Virus record (IMG/VR): IMGVR_UViG_3300013117_000027
Direction: 5' to 3' (one strand)
Length of the DNA: 64,000 nt
From: a virus
Shown here: positions 8,880 to 18,887 of the stretch, piece by piece
How positions within the stretch are numbered: the stretch's first letter is position 1
How the letters are laid out: every line of letters starts with the position of its first letter
Program-made: the position numbers and the translations under genes
Notes under the pieces: generated by a model
What the model saw: only the letters and a program-made list of their open reading frames with translations
The model's database searches: none
Told to the model about the DNA's origin: nothing

Positions 8880-11800
8880 ATGGCAGTAGAAAGATATCAT
8901 TTTAATAGTTCAGCAACATCAGACCTATCAGAAGTGTCTTATAACCAATTATCAAAGTATCTTAAGTTAAAGTTACACGAAGTAGAAAAGACTTCTGAGA
9001 AAGAAAGTAATCATACTGTGGTAATGGAAGACCTTAGTCAAGATCCAAATCCTGTATGGTTATCACAGTATAATGTAGAAATTCTAAAAGAGATAAGAAA
9101 GACTTTATTCGAAGATCTTGAGATAACAAAACCGCCTAGTCTTAATAGTGGTAGAGAAACTTTATCGATGCTCGATGCTCCTCTTCCTGGTGATGTACTT
9201 ATTATAAATAAATCAAATCCTGATACTAGTAAACAATACACTATTATTACATCGATTGATAGTGGTGGACGCGTGTATACGTTTCCAGCTACATCAGAAG
9301 TAGATCTACGATATGTTACTCATGTTTATAGATTCGATATTCTCTCAGATGATAATGCAGCAGAGATTATATCTAAGATGAATCAAACAATTGAAGACGC
9401 AGCTATCCTTCCGAAACCGAGAATGTCTGTCGATATAAATGTTCCTGTGTACACAGAAGAACCTCGTGGATTATTACAGATAGGTGATATTAAATTCTTA
9501 ATAGCTCCTACTCAAATGAGTTTTACTACACAGAACGGTTATCAACACTTTCCTACTGTTAGAACTAAAGGTAATCCTAAACTTCCTACGTTAGCAGAGA
9601 CTAAGTCTTTAAATTTTACGTTAATATTCCCTAATACAGAAGCTATTAATAATCAGTTGGTTCCTTTATATGCTATGTTTAAAAGGACTCCGTTCGTGAA
9701 TCTTTATAACAGAGATATATCTGAATTTTACAGTACTATAAGAAATAGAGATACTAAGTATATACCTGTAGCTCTTGAATCTATCACAGTAGAATCTGTT
9801 ACTGGATTTCCTAATACTCTACAAGCTAATATAACTGTCTTACCTTTCCAACACAAAGGTGTAGGAGAAACATTTGAAGCGTTAAAGACATTTGGAGATG
9901 TAAAATCTCAACAATACTTAAAGCGAGATATATCAGAAGGTAGGGTAGTAGAACAAATTGAAGCAAGATTAGAGAACAGAGAAGCTACACCACACTCTAA
10001 CAATATGCTTACAAATGTTATACACTCGTCTGATAACTTCGAGAAAAGTGAACCTTTCAGAGCTTTTTATCAATCGTTAATAGCAGAAAGAAAGTATGTA
10101 GAAAATGACCTAGGTGAGATAGTATATAAAACAGATGGTAGTTCTATCCCTCTTTCTACGTTCAGACCTAAACATATAGAGAATCAGTTACATTACTATT
10201 CGGCTCAGGCTAATAAGAAGAATATGACTTTCACATATGAGTTTATACCTCAGAATCTTAGAGAGTTTTCAGATGATCTTCGTGCATTAAGAAAACAAGA
10301 GATAACTACTCTAGGTAGTGAGACAGCGGAGATGTTAAAGATTATTACTAGTAGAGATTCTAAGTTTAAAAACTTCATGAGAGAAGCGCTTATTAATAGA
10401 CAAACATTCTACGATCAGATAGGAAATCATTTTAAAAAAGCTGAGAGGTATATACATGATTTCTTAGGTTTTCATAGAATTAATATTGATTCAAGTCCTG
10501 GTCCAGAGATTACTAATCTCCTAGAGTTACTACTAGAAGTGGGTGCTCATCAGTTTCCAGTAACCGCATGGGTAACAGGAACAGGAAGAGGAGTAGTATC
10601 TACCACTGCCGATCTTATAAAGAATGTATCAGATGGTAACTATTCACTTGGTAATACAAGTGGAGAAGAATTACTAAATATTTTAAATGGTGTTATGACA
10701 TGGTATGAAGGGCCTGACGAAACACGACGGTTAGGTGCTGTGGATGCTAATACTTTATCGGATATTATATCTGACCAGATATTAGATTATCTTGATGCAG
10801 TATCTGACTCTAAAGAAAACGGTGAGTCTGAAAAAGAAAAGTGGGCACAGTTCTTTGATCGTTTCTTTAAAGCGTTTGTAGATCCATCTATTATAAGAAA
10901 TTTATCTGCAGGTCAAGAGATCGTAGCTTTTAAGACAGAGAGAGATATTATAGAGATAGACAATGTTAACGATGTGGTTAATGGTTGGGGACTACAGTTT
11001 TCTAATAAGCTTGTTCCTATACATCTTAACGGTTTTCAATTTCCTTATTATCAACACGTTGGATGCGATGATGTCAATATCTTTCTTAATATAAAGTCTA
11101 TACAAGGAGGCCGAGATCAAGGTCTTAAAGAGAGACTGTCTTTATTAAATGAAAGATTACATACTACAACAAAGATTGTTACATACAATGCGCCTGAGTT
11201 AATAACTCACTTAGATCCAAGATTAAGTGTTAGTGTACAAGGTAATGATCTTGGACATATATTTAATGTATTCGGTATAAGAAAAGTTGTTTATAATGGT
11301 AGTAATGTATCAAGTGTGGAAGGTAAACCTGATTGTTGGTCTATTAATCTTAATCTTACCCAGGCTAACTTTACTTTAAAAGATTATCAGTCTATCGTAG
11401 TAAAGAAGTCTATATCCGGAATAGAAGATGAGGTCGCTAACTTACTACTTAGATCTAGAATAACTCCAGATGGAGGTATAGAGGTAATAGATTACAAGGT
11501 TAATACTGACAGATTAAAAGATTTAGATTCTGTATCACCTGAAGCTACAAAAGGATTTGTGGGTAAGTACTTTGGAGATTGGGCAAAGTCTATGATACCT
11601 AATAGTACTAAGGATCTAGTTATTCCAAAAGAGTATGTTATAGGTTCTCCAGATAATACTAATATATTCGGAGATGCCTCATTAAGTGGTGAGCAGACAA
11701 GACGTATTAATAATATGATCATGTCTATGACTTTCTATAAACGTTTTATCCAAGAAGCTTATGAACAATGGCGTGGTACACAAAAGGATTCTGAACAAGA

Positions 11801-14800
11801 AGCAGGATTTGAAGTAGATGATAACTTCGATGGTGCTCATAAGAATAGTCCTGATAAAGAGGATAGGAACTCAAGGATAGGTAAAGCTTTACAATATATG
11901 ACCTTATTATTTAATCCTGGATCTAACAATGATAAATGGATAATACAAGAGGTTAAGAATGAATCTGACACGGTTAGACTTAATAAGTCATTAGGTGATC
12001 TAAAGATAAAGACTATATACAAAGGTATTGTAAATGATATGGACAATCTACATTATCAACACGCTGGTGTTTTAATGCAAGGTGCCGAAAGAGCAAGAGG
12101 TTACTGGGAAATACTATGGTATGATCTTAGAAATAATAGTTCAGGTTTTATAGCAGGAACAATATTCGGTGCATTACTATGTTATCTAGCAGGAGCAGGA
12201 ACGTTTGTATGGACTGTATTCACCGGTATAGCAAGCTTACTAGGATTCGGTATACCTGGAGTCAAGACAGGTAAAGAAGCTGCTGTAGCAGCCACGTTTG
12301 ACATTTTATCAGAGTCATTACCTTCATTAATGAACGGTATTAAATCTTCTGTTGTACAAGATATGGTAAATAATATTATTAGAGATCCTGTTGCTAGAAG
12401 AAAGTTCTTTGATAATAAATATGAAGATATTGTCGGTGAGATATATTCTAGCGATGGTATGAACTGTTACGAAGACTTTGATATACCTACAAATTTTCTT
12501 GCTGGTTACACAGATGCTAATAATGATCCATTAGGTATAAAGTTTTCACCAGACTTCTATCTTTTCGATAAAGACTTTACTGGTATAGAAAAGTATTCTT
12601 ATGTTAATCAGTTCATAGACACTACATCTAGGATGGCCAAGCTCGCTTTACAGTTAACTCTTGAAGAAAATAAAGAAGTTATAGAAAAGTTAAAGCAAGT
12701 AGAAGAATTAATATTCGATGCATCAGAACTAGATAGTGTTGTTAAGCGTCAACTTTACGATGAAGTATCAATGACAACAGATGGTGGAACTAATACACAA
12801 ACTAATCAGACTATTGAAAGCGACATAAATAATAAGTTAGAAGAACTCAAGGACGTATATGTTCATCTTGCTCTTGATCAAAGAAATAATAAAGTTAATC
12901 CTGATGCACAGAAATTAAACCTAATGAGATCTGCTAGGAATAAGAGAGTATTAGAGTTAAAAGTTATTCAAACAGCTATCAATCTCGCTCTTGCTGGATC
13001 AAAATTAGACACAGATCATGGTAAAGATAAGTATTCAGGAACTAATCAACCAGCTTATTTATCAGACGACAAATCGTTGATAAGTGATACAAGGCTAAGA
13101 AGTTCCTTAGAAGGCGCGTCGTATCAACAACTAAGGAAGATGGCAGATCTTATAAGAAAATACTTTAGACATTATACTAACGAAGAACAAATGAAACACG
13201 AAGAAGTTATCAATAAAGATACACCAAGTATACGTTTTTTCGAAGAGACTGTATACACTCTTGTTACACAGTTAATAATCTTAGGAGATGCTATAGCTGA
13301 GTTCGAATCTGGTAATCTTACTGTTACGTCATTATTAACCGACATACCTGAGATGGGATTACTAGATTGGTATAACTGGAGAAATATAGATGATATCAAT
13401 GATAAGAAAATATCTTTAATGAGTGACTTCTTAGAAGAAGACACTAATAGAACTCGTGGGTATAACCAAAAAATGTTTCCTACATTTAAGGTATTCTTTG
13501 TAGAAGAAGATGGTAAGACTATAAGCGTAGATGACTACTACGCTTATAACGCTGTACAGTCTATAGACATTATTAAGAATAAGTATTCAGCATCTTCTAC
13601 CGCTGTTATAAAATTAGGTAACGTATACGGTAATCTTACTAATAAGATATCTTTAATGAAAGAATCTGATCAGATTCTAGACATACTTCTTAACCAAAGA
13701 GATAATAGAATATTCTTAGGAAGTCTAGATATTAAGCCAGGTGTTAAGATAATAGTAAAAATGGGATACGGAGCTAATGATAGAGATCTTAAGATAGTTT
13801 TTATCGGTAAGGTAGTAGAGATGAGTGCTGGTCCTATCACTGAGTTAGTAGCTCAATCTTACGGTGCACAATTATCACATGAGATTACTAAGATGCACTT
13901 TGGAGTTCTTAACTCTAGAAAAGAACATGGAGATATAGCATCAGCTGTTTTAGACGCTATACCATCATTAGATGGTCTAGGTAAACCATCACTCTTAGGA
14001 TTAAATCCAGTTAATTATAGTGGAAGACGTAGCGCTTTCTATGATGGAACATTGTTTGATAGATTCTTAATGTCTAATATAACTACAAGAGTTAATACCA
14101 CGTTGTTTCAAGAAGATAATCCTAGAGATGAGAACATATACCTTCCGGTGGATCTGATACCTGATATTACAAAGAACGTTACATTCGACTGGATAGTTTA
14201 TAATCAAACAGTATGGCAAGCTTTACATGAGTTAAGTCTTTATCACGATAATACTATTCCTATTATAAGACCTTATAATGATGGTATGTTCTCTACGTTG
14301 GATGACGCAAGAGAAACTATTGTAGTAGGTAAGAAGAGTGGGTGGTATAAACACACAGATGCATTCAGATATACTACAAGAGATATCGATAAACTAGGTA
14401 ACCTTATAGATGATTGGAACACTAAGTACTGGAAGTTCTTAATGGAATTAAGACAGAAGATACAGAAAACTAGAACTTTACTAATAGATGCACCATCTGG
14501 CCAAGCAGCTCCAAAAGATGTAATTCTTGCCGAGTACCTTGTTCAAGAAGGATTAATGAAGAAGGAAGTTCAAGAAGTAAGGAAGACTGGTATTGATGTT
14601 ACTGTTACTATTACTAATTACTATCCAAGAGGCAAGTTAAAGAATTTACTTGTAGGTCTGTCTAGTAAACAGTTAGCTCTCGTAGTTACTAAAGCTATAG
14701 AAGATAATGCTCCTCAGGTAGACACTAGAAATCTTGGTACTATGCAATTACTCGTAGACACTGTAGCTAGAGTTGTTCCAGGTATATGGGAAACTACAGC

Positions 14801-16283
14801 TAACAAACTAAGAACTTCTATATTAAAAGTAGGATTCAATGAAGCTATAAGTGATAGAAAAGCTGACGAAGTTATCGTCATGGAAAGTAGAGTATTTCAA
14901 AGAGCTAATTCTAGTCCAGGCACACCAACTGTTACTATAAGACATTCTATATTTGATGTTATACTTAACTTTGGTAGTGTGCCTCGACGATATGAGAATT
15001 TTGTACAAAGACTTAATGATCTTAAGCCTTATCAATTCTTAGGTGTGTCTGCTAAGGAGTTAGATAATAATCAAGATAAATTTGTTAACGATCCAAGATA
15101 TAGAAAGATTCAACGTCAACATTTAATAACAGATACTAGTGATATTATATCTAACGAGATAGTCTTATCTGAAGATTTTAACAACGCCGTGAAGGTATAC
15201 TATTTATCAGAACCTAAGTTTTATACAGACTTAGGAAGTATAAGTGCTGATGATCAAGAGAAGTTATCATGGGACACTGTTAAAGCTTTTGGAGATACAA
15301 GAGATACAGACGTACGACTTCTAGAAACTTATCAGAAGAACATAGATACAAACTGGTATGAGATACGAAAGTACAATGAGGAAGTTCTTGGTAAATATAG
15401 TACTATGTATAAGAAGAATAGAGAGTCAGATAATCAAAATAATAAGAACTATAAGATTACAATGAACGAATTACCATCTTACAAGAAAGTTGGTATTAAT
15501 CTTCTTATACGAGAAGTTGAAAAGATGTATAGAGGTAATATAACTATTATAGGAAATCCAGCTATAGAACCGATGGACATTGTTCATATAGAAGATTCTA
15601 TGAATAACATGGATGGACCTATAGAGATAGAAGAAGTTATACATTCATTCTCTCCCACAACCGGGTACACGACTACACTTACTCCTTCGTTAATAACATA
15701 CGATAGAGATCCTATAGCTATGAGTGATCTTAGTGTTATACATAGAATACTTACAACTGCTGAAAGTAAGAGAAGTTCTACAAGGATGTGGGCATTCGCA
15801 CAAGCAACTGCGGCTGGTATAGCTTCGACGTTCGCTATTGCTGACATAGTAGGTGGAACAAAAATAGGTGGTATTATGACACTTATAGGTACTGTTCCTG
15901 CTATGGCATCTTCGTTGTGGAATATGGTTGTAGGTGTAGAGAAAAGATATAACAAGTTCATATACGATCATATGGCAAATGTGTTCGGACGTGATTGTAT
16001 AAACTTCTCAGCTTTACACTACAAAGATAAACCTTATATGACAGGTTTTGGTGGTGTAGACTACACTAATATAAAGACATTAATAAATCACCAATGGCAA
16101 GGTCTTGGGGTTATAGAAAGATTAGCAACATCTAATGATGTAGAAGGTAAGTGGATTGAAAACTCAACATTCTCTAAAGATTTACCAGTATTTAAATATC
16201 TTCTTCAGGAAGATGTACCAGTTGTTGGTAAACCGTTATACTATATAATGAAATTCTTTGGAAACGATTCATGGGGACAATAG
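8880..16283 (+). CDS. Giant baseplate hub-like (gp27/GPD-fold-containing) virion protein, 2467 aa
   Basis: Hub-like segments IKPGVKIIVKMGYG...VFIGKVVEM...VAQSYG and MYRGNITIIGNPAIEPMDIVHIED...EVIHSFS..GYTTTLTP; lies upstream of gp25-like and baseplate-J genes; internal hydrophobic helices. Confidence 0.6.
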   Translation: MAVERYHFNSSATSDLSEVSYNQLSKYLKLKLHEVEKTSEKESNHTVVMEDLSQDPNPVWLSQYNVEILKEIRKTLFEDLEITKPPSLNSGRETLSMLDAPLPGDVLIINKSNPDTSKQYTIITSIDSGGRVYTFPATSEVDLRYVTHVYRFDILSDDNAAEIISKMNQTIEDAAILPKPRMSVDINVPVYTEEPRGLLQIGDIKFLIAPTQMSFTTQNGYQHFPTVRTKGNPKLPTLAETKSLNFTLIFPNTEAINNQLVPLYAMFKRTPFVNLYNRDISEFYSTIRNRDTKYIPVALESITVESVTGFPNTLQANITVLPFQHKGVGETFEALKTFGDVKSQQYLKRDISEGRVVEQIEARLENREATPHSNNMLTNVIHSSDNFEKSEPFRAFYQSLIAERKYVENDLGEIVYKTDGSSIPLSTFRPKHIENQLHYYSAQANKKNMTFTYEFIPQNLREFSDDLRALRKQEITTLGSETAEMLKIITSRDSKFKNFMREALINRQTFYDQIGNHFKKAERYIHDFLGFHRINIDSSPGPEITNLLELLLEVGAHQFPVTAWVTGTGRGVVSTTADLIKNVSDGNYSLGNTSGEELLNILNGVMTWYEGPDETRRLGAVDANTLSDIISDQILDYLDAVSDSKENGESEKEKWAQFFDRFFKAFVDPSIIRNLSAGQEIVAFKTERDIIEIDNVNDVVNGWGLQFSNKLVPIHLNGFQFPYYQHVGCDDVNIFLNIKSIQGGRDQGLKERLSLLNERLHTTTKIVTYNAPELITHLDPRLSVSVQGNDLGHIFNVFGIRKVVYNGSNVSSVEGKPDCWSINLNLTQANFTLKDYQSIVVKKSISGIEDEVANLLLRSRITPDGGIEVIDYKVNTDRLKDLDSVSPEATKGFVGKYFGDWAKSMIPNSTKDLVIPKEYVIGSPDNTNIFGDASLSGEQTRRINNMIMSMTFYKRFIQEAYEQWRGTQKDSEQEAGFEVDDNFDGAHKNSPDKEDRNSRIGKALQYMTLLFNPGSNNDKWIIQEVKNESDTVRLNKSLGDLKIKTIYKGIVNDMDNLHYQHAGVLMQGAERARGYWEILWYDLRNNSSGFIAGTIFGALLCYLAGAGTFVWTVFTGIASLLGFGIPGVKTGKEAAVAATFDILSESLPSLMNGIKSSVVQDMVNNIIRDPVARRKFFDNKYEDIVGEIYSSDGMNCYEDFDIPTNFLAGYTDANNDPLGIKFSPDFYLFDKDFTGIEKYSYVNQFIDTTSRMAKLALQLTLEENKEVIEKLKQVEELIFDASELDSVVKRQLYDEVSMTTDGGTNTQTNQTIESDINNKLEELKDVYVHLALDQRNNKVNPDAQKLNLMRSARNKRVLELKVIQTAINLALAGSKLDTDHGKDKYSGTNQPAYLSDDKSLISDTRLRSSLEGASYQQLRKMADLIRKYFRHYTNEEQMKHEEVINKDTPSIRFFEETVYTLVTQLIILGDAIAEFESGNLTVTSLLTDIPEMGLLDWYNWRNIDDINDKKISLMSDFLEEDTNRTRGYNQKMFPTFKVFFVEEDGKTISVDDYYAYNAVQSIDIIKNKYSASSTAVIKLGNVYGNLTNKISLMKESDQILDILLNQRDNRIFLGSLDIKPGVKIIVKMGYGANDRDLKIVFIGKVVEMSAGPITELVAQSYGAQLSHEITKMHFGVLNSRKEHGDIASAVLDAIPSLDGLGKPSLLGLNPVNYSGRRSAFYDGTLFDRFLMSNITTRVNTTLFQEDNPRDENIYLPVDLIPDITKNVTFDWIVYNQTVWQALHELSLYHDNTIPIIRPYNDGMFSTLDDARETIVVGKKSGWYKHTDAFRYTTRDIDKLGNLIDDWNTKYWKFLMELRQKIQKTRTLLIDAPSGQAAPKDVILAEYLVQEGLMKKEVQEVRKTGIDVTVTITNYYPRGKLKNLLVGLSSKQLALVVTKAIEDNAPQVDTRNLGTMQLLVDTVARVVPGIWETTANKLRTSILKVGFNEAISDRKADEVIVMESRVFQRANSSPGTPTVTIRHSIFDVILNFGSVPRRYENFVQRLNDLKPYQFLGVSAKELDNNQDKFVNDPRYRKIQRQHLITDTSDIISNEIVLSEDFNNAVKVYYLSEPKFYTDLGSISADDQEKLSWDTVKAFGDTRDTDVRLLETYQKNIDTNWYEIRKYNEEVLGKYSTMYKKNRESDNQNNKNYKITMNELPSYKKVGINLLIREVEKMYRGNITIIGNPAIEPMDIVHIEDSMNNMDGPIEIEEVIHSFSPTTGYTTTLTPSLITYDRDPIAMSDLSVIHRILTTAESKRSSTRMWAFAQATAAGIASTFAIADIVGGTKIGGIMTLIGTVPAMASSLWNMVVGVEKRYNKFIYDHMANVFGRDCINFSALHYKDKPYMTGFGGVDYTNIKTLINHQWQGLGVIERLATSNDVEGKWIENSTFSKDLPVFKYLLQEDVPVVGKPLYYIMKFFGNDSWGQ

Positions 16284-16294
16284 AAAGGTAAGAA

Positions 16295-17110
16295 ATGGAA
16301 TATTTAGAAAATAGTCAACTGAAGTTCTTTGTAGCAGAGATAGCTTCTAGTAACTACTATAATCAAGAGCAGAATGTTATACGTATAAAACTGCCTATAG
16401 ATGATACAACATATAAGTACTTTGATATGTACTTTATTCAAAGTGTCGATTTCCCTAACCCGGACGATCATCACGCCTTAGTTGCTACAAATCCTGATGT
16501 TATAACAGGCTTAAAGAATGCTATATTAGATGGAGACGATAGACTAGAATTAATGCCTGGTTATAAAGATCAACAGACACTAAACGAACAGATAACGTTC
16601 GGGTTTGTATGGTTAATTAATAAGAGACTTAAAACTTCTACAACAGGTTCTAATGATGGTAGTGCGGGTATGCATAATCAGAACGCATCCTCTACAACAG
16701 ATACATCCAAACTTAAGTATTCGATATCTCCATCGTTAGCTAGAGACTATACTACTACACGAGGTAGTTCAAGAGACAACTATAATAACGAGAATATAGG
16801 TCTATTTATTACTGATAATTCTGTCACATTAAAGTCTTCTGAAGCTTCTCTAGTATTAGGACCAGACGGTATGTCTTTACTAGGACCGAAATTTGAAAGT
16901 AATACAAAAGGCGGGAAAGGCATGATGGCAGACAATCCTTTCTGTGGATGGTTCCCATCTACGATAATGACTATACCGTTAGGTATAGAGTACATACCTA
17001 ACTTTAACTATATTCTGAGTATAGGAAGTGCATGTCAACGACTTAATAAAGGGATGGCTACAATAGGTAAGGTTACCAAGAATGTTACTAACTTTATAAG
17101 GAGAAAATAA
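16295..17110 (+). CDS. Hypothetical baseplate protein (possible spike, by position)
   Basis: Lies between hub-like and gp25-like genes; beta-strand-like stretch LFITDNSVTLKSSEASLVLGPDGMSL. Confidence 0.35.
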   Translation: MEYLENSQLKFFVAEIASSNYYNQEQNVIRIKLPIDDTTYKYFDMYFIQSVDFPNPDDHHALVATNPDVITGLKNAILDGDDRLELMPGYKDQQTLNEQITFGFVWLINKRLKTSTTGSNDGSAGMHNQNASSTTDTSKLKYSISPSLARDYTTTRGSSRDNYNNENIGLFITDNSVTLKSSEASLVLGPDGMSLLGPKFESNTKGGKGMMADNPFCGWFPSTIMTIPLGIEYIPNFNYILSIGSACQRLNKGMATIGKVTKNVTNFIRRK

Positions 17111-17619
17111 TGGATTTATTCGGAGGACGAGTAGATGTACATATGTCTTATGATGGAGATCTAGAGTTTGAACAAGGCGATATCAAGTTGGTACGTGGTA
17201 TAGATTATATAAAGCATCTTATATACAAGGTTCTTACAACAGAAAAAGGTGATTGGAAAATATATCCTCAAGAAGGTGGAAGTCCTGTAGTATTCTTAGG
17301 TGAACAAAACACTAGGGATACAGCTAAGTTACTAGAAGGACATTTAGTATCGTCATTATCAGAATACGTTTTACCAGCTACAGTAGAAGCCAGAGTAGTT
17401 CCTATATCTCATGACTCAGTAAAGTGTTACGTTGATATTATTATATTAGGTCTTACTATTGCACAAGTTCCATTTATGCTTGATTATATTAACGGTATAA
17501 AGTATGAAGACTTTGACGAGACAGTAGATACGGTAGTCGCATCTAAAGAGCACAGACCGAACGATAATCGTTCGCTCACAAATCCTAATCCGTATCTAGA
17601 TAGAATAAGGAGACAATAA
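17110..17619 (+). CDS. gp25/GPW-like baseplate wedge (sheath initiator) protein
   Basis: GDLEFEQGDIKLVRGIDYIKHLIYKVLTTEKGDWKIYPQEG pattern; directly upstream of baseplate J. Confidence 0.7.
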   Translation: MDLFGGRVDVHMSYDGDLEFEQGDIKLVRGIDYIKHLIYKVLTTEKGDWKIYPQEGGSPVVFLGEQNTRDTAKLLEGHLVSSLSEYVLPATVEARVVPISHDSVKCYVDIIILGLTIAQVPFMLDYINGIKYEDFDETVDTVVASKEHRPNDNRSLTNPNPYLDRIRRQ

Positions 17620-18884
17620 TGGCAACACGCAGAAACTTCATAGACGTACAGAATGACGCAAAGTATAGGTTAGAGAACTTCACACCTGTAACATCTTTCG
17701 AGAATCTAAGTACTTCTATGACTCTTATAAATATACTTAGTAACGAGACAGAGAAGTTGTATGATGAAGCTGAGTATCTTTTCAGTATAAATGATATAAC
17801 AAGAGCTTATGGTAGAGATCTCGATAATATAGGAAGGATTATAGGATCCGAACGAGGGGATGCTACCACATCTAATGATATGACATATACTAATTTCTAT
17901 TTTTATCTTGACACGAGGTTAGGAATAGATATAGGTACGTTAATCGATAGAGTTTATCCTACAAGTACTCACTATAATATTAGACAAAGATTAGAAGATC
18001 AAGGTTATATAGATAATAAAGATGTTCCTACTCAGTTAAAACTTCCTAGAGGTATGTACGTGTCCAGCGACGATAGACGTATACTTTATACTACAGTTGA
18101 AGACGCTTATCTAACAAATGATTCTAACGAGGTATACGTTCCTGTCATAGCAACCGCTACAGGATCCGGACAGAATGTTGGAGCTAATGTTATTATAAAG
18201 CATTCTCTTAACGAGGTTAATATTATAAAAGATCTATCTAAGTATATACTTTGTACTAATAGATTCCCTATTACAAACGGATCGAATACTGTAAGTGATG
18301 ATGACTATAGATATAATATGTCTATTAGTAGAATAAACCTTGGTGCGAACGAGGTAGCTATACGACAAGCCGCTCTTTCTGTACCAGGTGTTAGAAACGT
18401 TCTGTTTGAGCGCGCAAGATTTGGTAATGGTACATTTAATCTTATAGTAGAAGGTGTTAGTCCTCTTGTATCAGAAGGTCTTGTTACTACAGTAAAAGAG
18501 AGAGTCCAAAGTATCGTAGGTGGAGACTCAGTATATGTTCACAGACCTGAGTACATAGGCGTTGAACTGAACTTAGATCTTATTACAGAGGTAGGTACAG
18601 ATACTGATCTGTTAAGAGAGACTGTTAGAAATGATATTATATCATATATAAATGATACTACTATAGGCGGAAGACTTATATGGAACCAATTAGTAGATAT
18701 TATTATAAGAGAGGGCGTTATAGACTTTGTTCTATCTTACTACAAGTTCGGAGAATATGACATCTTTAACAAGATAAACCTTAACCAAATAGTATTAAGA
18801 CCTTCTAATCAAGGTGCTAATTATAACGAGAAATTTTATATTGATGCGGGATTGTGTTCCATCTGTGTTAGGGAGCAGGGTTAA
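17619..18884 (+). CDS. Baseplate J-like wedge protein
   Basis: AYGRDLDNIG..IG..R; VPVIATATGSGQNVGAN; TNGSNTVSDDDYRY; AALSVPGVRNV. Confidence 0.85.
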   Translation: MATRRNFIDVQNDAKYRLENFTPVTSFENLSTSMTLINILSNETEKLYDEAEYLFSINDITRAYGRDLDNIGRIIGSERGDATTSNDMTYTNFYFYLDTRLGIDIGTLIDRVYPTSTHYNIRQRLEDQGYIDNKDVPTQLKLPRGMYVSSDDRRILYTTVEDAYLTNDSNEVYVPVIATATGSGQNVGANVIIKHSLNEVNIIKDLSKYILCTNRFPITNGSNTVSDDDYRYNMSISRINLGANEVAIRQAALSVPGVRNVLFERARFGNGTFNLIVEGVSPLVSEGLVTTVKERVQSIVGGDSVYVHRPEYIGVELNLDLITEVGTDTDLLRETVRNDIISYINDTTIGGRLIWNQLVDIIIREGVIDFVLSYYKFGEYDIFNKINLNQIVLRPSNQGANYNEKFYIDAGLCSICVREQG

Positions 18885-18887
18885 TGA

